A DNA stretch of 62,770 nucleotides from a virus (Duplodnaviria; Caudoviricetes). Positions 58,117 to 62,770 of this stretch are shown one piece after another. The DNA is taken from positions 1-62,770 of IMG/VR virus record IMGVR_UViG_3300028423_000363, one strand, 5' to 3'. The stretch's first letter is position 1; each line of letters starts with the position of its first letter. Made by a program: the position numbers and the translations under genes. The notes beneath the pieces are model-generated. The model was given only the letters and a program-made list of their open reading frames with translations. It ran no database searches and had not been told where the DNA came from.

Positions 58117-58740
58117 ATGGCAAAAGAAAAAATGAATCTTAGACAAAAATTATCAGCTATACAAAATGAGCTGAAAGCACCTAAAAATCAAAGAAACAAT
58201 TTCGGGAAGTACAACTATCGTTCAGCAGAAGATATATTAGAGGCTGCTAAACCTTTGTGCTACAAATACAATACGTGCTTAGTAGTTAGTGATGAGTTAG
58301 TTAATATAGGCGAAAGGTATTATATAAACGCAGAAGCTGTTCTTTTCGATAATGAATCTGATAACACTATTTCTGCCAATGGATATGCCAGAGAGGAAGA
58401 AAATAAGAAGGGTATGGACGGTAGCCAAATAACAGGTGCTTCGTCATCGTACTCACGAAAATACGCTCTTAATGGTCTGTTTAATATTGACGACACTAAA
58501 GATAGTGATGCGACAAATGACGGTAGTAAAGAAGTAAAGAAGCCTTCGAGTAAACCAAAACAAAAGACAGCTACAGAAGATGATAAAAAACAGAAGTTAA
58601 TCAAGGCTTTCTCAGACAATAAAGAAAAGACCATATCGGCTATGAAGTCTAAAGGTCAGAAGTTGTCAAGAGCTCAAGCTAACGTCTTAGTTTCGGAAAA
58701 TATTGTAACTAAAGAAGAGATTGCTGATGTGGTCAAGTAA
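58117..58740 (+). CDS. ERF-family ssDNA annealing protein
   Basis: LKAPKNQ.N.FGKYNYRSAEDIL...QITGASSSYSRKYALNGLF.IDDTKD.D. Confidence 0.85.
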   Translation: MAKEKMNLRQKLSAIQNELKAPKNQRNNFGKYNYRSAEDILEAAKPLCYKYNTCLVVSDELVNIGERYYINAEAVLFDNESDNTISANGYAREEENKKGMDGSQITGASSSYSRKYALNGLFNIDDTKDSDATNDGSKEVKKPSSKPKQKTATEDDKKQKLIKAFSDNKEKTISAMKSKGQKLSRAQANVLVSENIVTKEEIADVVK

Positions 58741-59111
58741 GAATATAAGAGGTTTGTTCTGTATAATAGAACTACTACTTACGGCAGTTAGCGTAACTAT
58801 CGGAATGATAGGAATAATATTAAGTTCGAAATCCTTGCTAATCATTGCAGGGATTTCTTTTTTAACTTCATTATTAATAAACACTATAATTAAAAGATAT
58901 GACGAAAGACAAGAAAGAGTACAACGTGAGAGAAAAGTTAAACAATGGTAGAAAATATGTTCACGTTAAAATAGAATATAATGGCGAAACTTACCTTGAT
59001 AAAGGTTTTAAAACAGTAGAGGAAGCGACTAAAATTGCAGATATTACTATTCTTAAAAACATGTTACCTTATGAAACGAAGAGATTTAAACCTGTAAACA
59101 AAAACAAGTAG
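58721..59111 (+). other. Two small ORFs (membrane protein 58721-58951; 58899-59111 with AP2-like F.T.EEA)
   Basis: ORF track; hydrophobic pair of helices in the first. Confidence 0.45.
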
Positions 59112-59372
59112 TAAAGTATTACTTTACAACTGAAATCAAGTTATTAAGTATTACTTAAATACTGAAATTATGATATATTGGATAAGCAAAGAAAAAGTTA
59201 GTGAAACAAAAGAAAATCTTTGGCACGTTTGGGAGTCAGGCATAACTCATTCAAAATGCATAGATGCTTTTAAAGACGAGTCTTGTGCAGAAGACTATTG
59301 TAAATTTTTAAACGAAAATGCAATAAGTAAAGCCTTAGTGTAAATAAGTAAATATAGAAAAAACTTAAAACA

Positions 59373-60098
59373 ATGGATAGATTAGTATTAATAGATTGTG
59401 ATGGTCTTCTGTACAAGAACATAGAGGACTTAGACGAATACAAAGATAGGATTGACGAAACAATATCAGCTATTATAAACAAGGTAAACGCTACGCATTA
59501 CAAATGTTTCTTAGAAGTTAGAGGTAATCAAACTTTCAGAAAGGTTATGTATAATGACTACAAGGCAAAAAGACCAAGTAGAAATTATCATAATAAAGAA
59601 GAGATTAGAGAGTATTTAATGGAGTGTTATGACCCTTATATCAGTGCAGGTGTTGAATCAGATGATAGTATCATATCTACATATAAGTATGTTTCTGAAG
59701 AGCATCCCTTTACAGATTGCTATGTTGCAGGAAACGATAAAGACTATCTTACACATCCTATAAAATATATAGACTTATATCATGGTCGTTGGCTTTTGAC
59801 AGAGAATATAAGTGAAGAAGATGCTAAATACAACTTCGTTTATCAAATGCTTCGAGGAGATGTTTCTGATAATGTTCCTGGACTAAAGGGAATAGGAGAC
59901 GCTAAAGCTAAAACTTTATTAAAAGATTTACCTGTTAATAATTTCAGTTATAAACGTTTATTGTTATCTTTGTATAAGAAGCAATATAAAAGCTATTTAA
60001 GAGCTAAAAAAGAGATTGAGGTAAGTTATAACCTTTTACGAATTAGAAACAATGTAAGGTTCTGCAAATCCTTCAACGAAGTAGTTTTCGAAGATTAG
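59373..60098 (+). CDS. 5'-3' exonuclease (T7 gp6 / RNase H-like)
   Basis: LIDCDG, FRK....YKAKR, ESDD, DKD and GDVSDNVPGLKGIG H3TH motif. Confidence 0.88.
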   Translation: MDRLVLIDCDGLLYKNIEDLDEYKDRIDETISAIINKVNATHYKCFLEVRGNQTFRKVMYNDYKAKRPSRNYHNKEEIREYLMECYDPYISAGVESDDSIISTYKYVSEEHPFTDCYVAGNDKDYLTHPIKYIDLYHGRWLLTENISEEDAKYNFVYQMLRGDVSDNVPGLKGIGDAKAKTLLKDLPVNNFSYKRLLLSLYKKQYKSYLRAKKEIEVSYNLLRIRNNVRFCKSFNEVVFED

Positions 60099-60115
60099 CT
60101 TTTAAAGTTTAAGTT

Positions 60116-60589
60116 ATGAGAAGAAGAAATAATAAATATGTTAATGTTTCAACTAACAAAAAAGACTTAACCTATAAAGGTGTTAAGTATAAGTCAAGAC
60201 TTGAAAAAGAAATGGCTAAAATGTTGGATGAAGCAGGTCTTCCTCTTAACTACGAAACGAGAACTTTTGTCATCTTTAAAAAAGAAAATGATAGCATAGG
60301 CAGTATAAGAAAAACTGTTAAAAATACAGGAGATTATAAGCTTAGAGACACTAAACTAAACTCTTTGAAATATACTCCTGACTTTATTGATGATGACTTA
60401 AAACAAAACAACGCATTTATAATCGAAACAAAAGGTAGACCAGACACTGCTTTTATGTTGAGATTTAAACTCTTCCAAAGATATTGTAATAAATATTATC
60501 CGAAGATTAAAATATATATGCCAAGAAACTTAAAACAATGCCGAGAAACTATTAAATTAATACTTAATAATAGAGAAAATGAAGAGTAA
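60116..60589 (+). CDS. Endonuclease I-like Holliday-junction resolvase (PD-(D/E)XK)
   Basis: YKSRLE...YE...YTPDF...IIETKG. Confidence 0.8.
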   Translation: MRRRNNKYVNVSTNKKDLTYKGVKYKSRLEKEMAKMLDEAGLPLNYETRTFVIFKKENDSIGSIRKTVKNTGDYKLRDTKLNSLKYTPDFIDDDLKQNNAFIIETKGRPDTAFMLRFKLFQRYCNKYYPKIKIYMPRNLKQCRETIKLILNNRENEE

Positions 60590-60788
60590 AACTCAGCAAG
60601 GCAAAGTTAAAATGAGAATGCTTCACGAAGAAAGAGTGGAGTTAATCAATGGTCTTTTTGGCAACATCAATGATTTAGTATCAGATCTTTATGAAAAGCT
60701 ATTTGATATGGAAGATATTGACAAGACTAAGGAAGAACTGATAACAATAATTAAAAAAACAAAACTAAATGACTTTAAAGCAGATTAG
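60579..60788 (+). CDS. Hypothetical protein
   Basis: 69 aa, coupled to both neighbours. Confidence 0.55.
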   Translation: MKSKTQQGKVKMRMLHEERVELINGLFGNINDLVSDLYEKLFDMEDIDKTKEELITIIKKTKLNDFKAD

Positions 60789-61419
60789 AGAAACAGTTGA
60801 CAAGACTTTAAGTAAGTACGATTTTAAAGATATTGAGAAAGACAGAATATTTGTTCTTGTTGCAAGAGATAGAAAACCTAATGTAACAATGAAAGATTTG
60901 GAGGAGTTTGGTATTAACAGTAATAACTTTTCAGTCCATTACAAGAAAGCTAAGATACTTTGTCGAAACAATTCAGAATATAACAGAGCAGTCCAGGAAG
61001 TACTGACTAAGTATGACAATATCCCTATTGTTGATAGTAAGTCAATTTCAGGAATGATTGATAAGGTTCGTGAATTTCGGAAAGCATTTGAATTAAAGAT
61101 TAAAGATAAGCCATCTCTAATCACTAAAAGTGAGTATGATTTACATTACAAACTTCTCAAAGAAGAGATGAATGAATATTTTGACGCTTGTGAAGAAGGA
61201 GATAAGGTTGAGGTTTTAGATGCTCAGGTTGATATTTTATATATCCTTTTAGGAAGTGTTCTTCATCACGGAATGGATAAGGTGTTTGAGAAGGCTTTTA
61301 ACGAGGTTCACGCAAGTAATATGTCTAAGCTTCAAGACGGAGAAGTTTTGAAGAGAGAAGACGGTAAAGTGCTTAAAGGAGACAAATATTTCAAACCTAA
61401 CTTAGAAGATTTGGTATAA
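60769..61419 (+). CDS. MazG-like/PRA-PH nucleoside-triphosphate pyrophosphohydrolase with N-terminal extension
   Basis: LLKEEMNEY...EVLDAQVDILY...EVHASNMSKL...REDGKVLKG..YFKPNL. Confidence 0.85.
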   Translation: MTLKQIRETVDKTLSKYDFKDIEKDRIFVLVARDRKPNVTMKDLEEFGINSNNFSVHYKKAKILCRNNSEYNRAVQEVLTKYDNIPIVDSKSISGMIDKVREFRKAFELKIKDKPSLITKSEYDLHYKLLKEEMNEYFDACEEGDKVEVLDAQVDILYILLGSVLHHGMDKVFEKAFNEVHASNMSKLQDGEVLKREDGKVLKGDKYFKPNLEDLV

Positions 61420-61854
61420 TGTGGATATCTAAAGGAATAGACGACGAAAGTTTCTATTATTTGTTTGACGGAAATGGTAATGAGTTTCAGTTTCAGATAT
61501 TAGGTGATAAGATTATTCACGAAAAATATATATCTCCAAAATACAAATCACACATATCTAAAATGACAGGAATAAATTTTGATGACATAAAAAAATTGTA
61601 GATTACAACAATTATATATATCTTTACAAAAATTAAATTCAAATATTATGAGCAAAAAATCAATTAAAATAACAAAAGATTTAATGTCCTTTACTCTAGG
61701 AGTTCTATTGATTACATTCCCTGAGAAAGTGACAGATGGTGTTATTATTGCTATTGGAATACTATTTATAATTAGTAGCCTAAAACCATTCATCCAGTTT
61801 TTAGAAGCTAAAATTGAATATGAAATCAAGAAAATAGATAATGATTTAACTTAA
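61419..61854 (+). other. Two small ORFs (61419-61601; membrane protein 61648-61854)
   Basis: ORF track; the second has two TM segments. Confidence 0.5.
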
Positions 61855-61989
61855 ATGAAATAATTTTATTATCTTTGTACATATATAGAAGTAGGTGCAT
61901 TGCTTTTATTATATAAAAAATTTTTAATAGCTTTTGCTTAGTAGGTATGCACCACTGAACGGCAAGAGCTTTTTTTATACCAATACCTT

Positions 61990-62745
61990 ATGTATGTATA
62001 CCTTATGAAATGTTCTATTTATTATAAAATAGGATATTCAAAAAATCCAAAAAACAGACTAAAAACTGTAAAAACACACAATCCTTTAGATGTTAAACTT
62101 CTCGCGACGTTAAAAACTAAAAAAAGTAGGAGTTTAGAAAAAGAACTTCACAATTTGTTTTTGCCGAAAAACTCAAGGAGAGAATGGTTTGAGTTGCATT
62201 ATCAAGATTTATTAAAGTTGAAGATTGATTATGGATTTAATTTTCTTGAACCAATAGAATACATTACCGACGACTACAAAGAAGACGAATATACTTTAGG
62301 TAAGATAAAGGAGATAAGAATTGATAACGCTAAATTAGACGCTCTTAAAACATATTTCGAGAATTTATTCGAAACGGAAATAGTCGATAACATACCTATG
62401 AAAAAATGTTCTTTGAACTTTGATTCAGAGTTAATAATAAAAGCTATTGATAATCTTTTTGAACAAGGTAAGGATGCTGATACCTGTTATAAACTTATAT
62501 ACACGGTTTGCTGCAATCTTCAGGAATCAAAAGAAAATCCAGGCAGGTATTTTGCGAAAGTAGTTAGAGCTTTGCTTTACAAGCAATATGGATATGAGTT
62601 AATGGATAAGGATTTTGACTACATATCTAATAATTTCAACAAAGACTCAAATGTTAGTAAAGCTATAAGGGAGATCAACTCAAGAAAGTTTTATCTAAAT
62701 ATTACTGAGTTTCTTATTTTTATTAATGATAAATTTATTATATAA
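61990..62745 (+). CDS. T5orf172/GIY-YIG-like domain protein
   Basis: YVYLM....YKIGYSKNP..RL......NP...LEKELH..F......EWFEL. Confidence 0.8.
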   Translation: MYVYLMKCSIYYKIGYSKNPKNRLKTVKTHNPLDVKLLATLKTKKSRSLEKELHNLFLPKNSRREWFELHYQDLLKLKIDYGFNFLEPIEYITDDYKEDEYTLGKIKEIRIDNAKLDALKTYFENLFETEIVDNIPMKKCSLNFDSELIIKAIDNLFEQGKDADTCYKLIYTVCCNLQESKENPGRYFAKVVRALLYKQYGYELMDKDFDYISNNFNKDSNVSKAIREINSRKFYLNITEFLIFINDKFII

Positions 62746-62770
62746 TTATGAGTGATTCTAAAAATAAAAT

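Larger units (their letters stand above)
40463..61877 (+). promoter_or_regulatory. Bacteroidota '-7' boxes on the plus strand at 40463, 45284, 46853, 61870
   Basis: TATATTTG/TATCTTTG upstream of groEL, ORF 45307, the early region and ORF 61990. Confidence 0.7.

Noticed and set aside
1-62770. Stop-codon reassignment or prophage context
   Set aside because: Standard-code ORFs are long and tile the sequence; no integrase, att-flanked host genes or repressor switch is seen.

Overview
AT-rich, apparently near-complete genome of a tailed dsDNA phage with podovirus-like gene order. The host is very probably Bacteroidota (Flavobacteriia-like), because at least 14 TAnnTTTG '-7' promoter boxes sit just upstream of genes. 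Layout: replication genes on + (1-5.3 kb: initiator, primase-helicase, ThyX); a large morphogenesis block on - (5.4-40.4 kb: ejection proteins, tail, capsid, scaffold, portal, terminase, fibres, lysis); GroEL/GroES on +; a non-coding likely genome end near 46.3-47 kb; early genes; then recombination/nuclease genes. No DNA polymerase, RNA polymerase or integrase is recognisable. The main finding is two integron-like gene-cassette arrays (2661-3738 and 53941-56398). Each unit is bounded by complementary GTT.../...AAC cores and separated by attC-like 16-18 bp hairpins whose mismatches are almost all G:T on one strand, and both arrays end in the same attI-like motif. Unusually, two sites carry a whole gene inside the hairpin loop, and two ORFs read in frame across the crossover. 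A tRNA-like mini-element and a ~450-nt structured ncRNA candidate lie at the start of the early region. All protein calls come from motif recognition by eye; no database searches were run.
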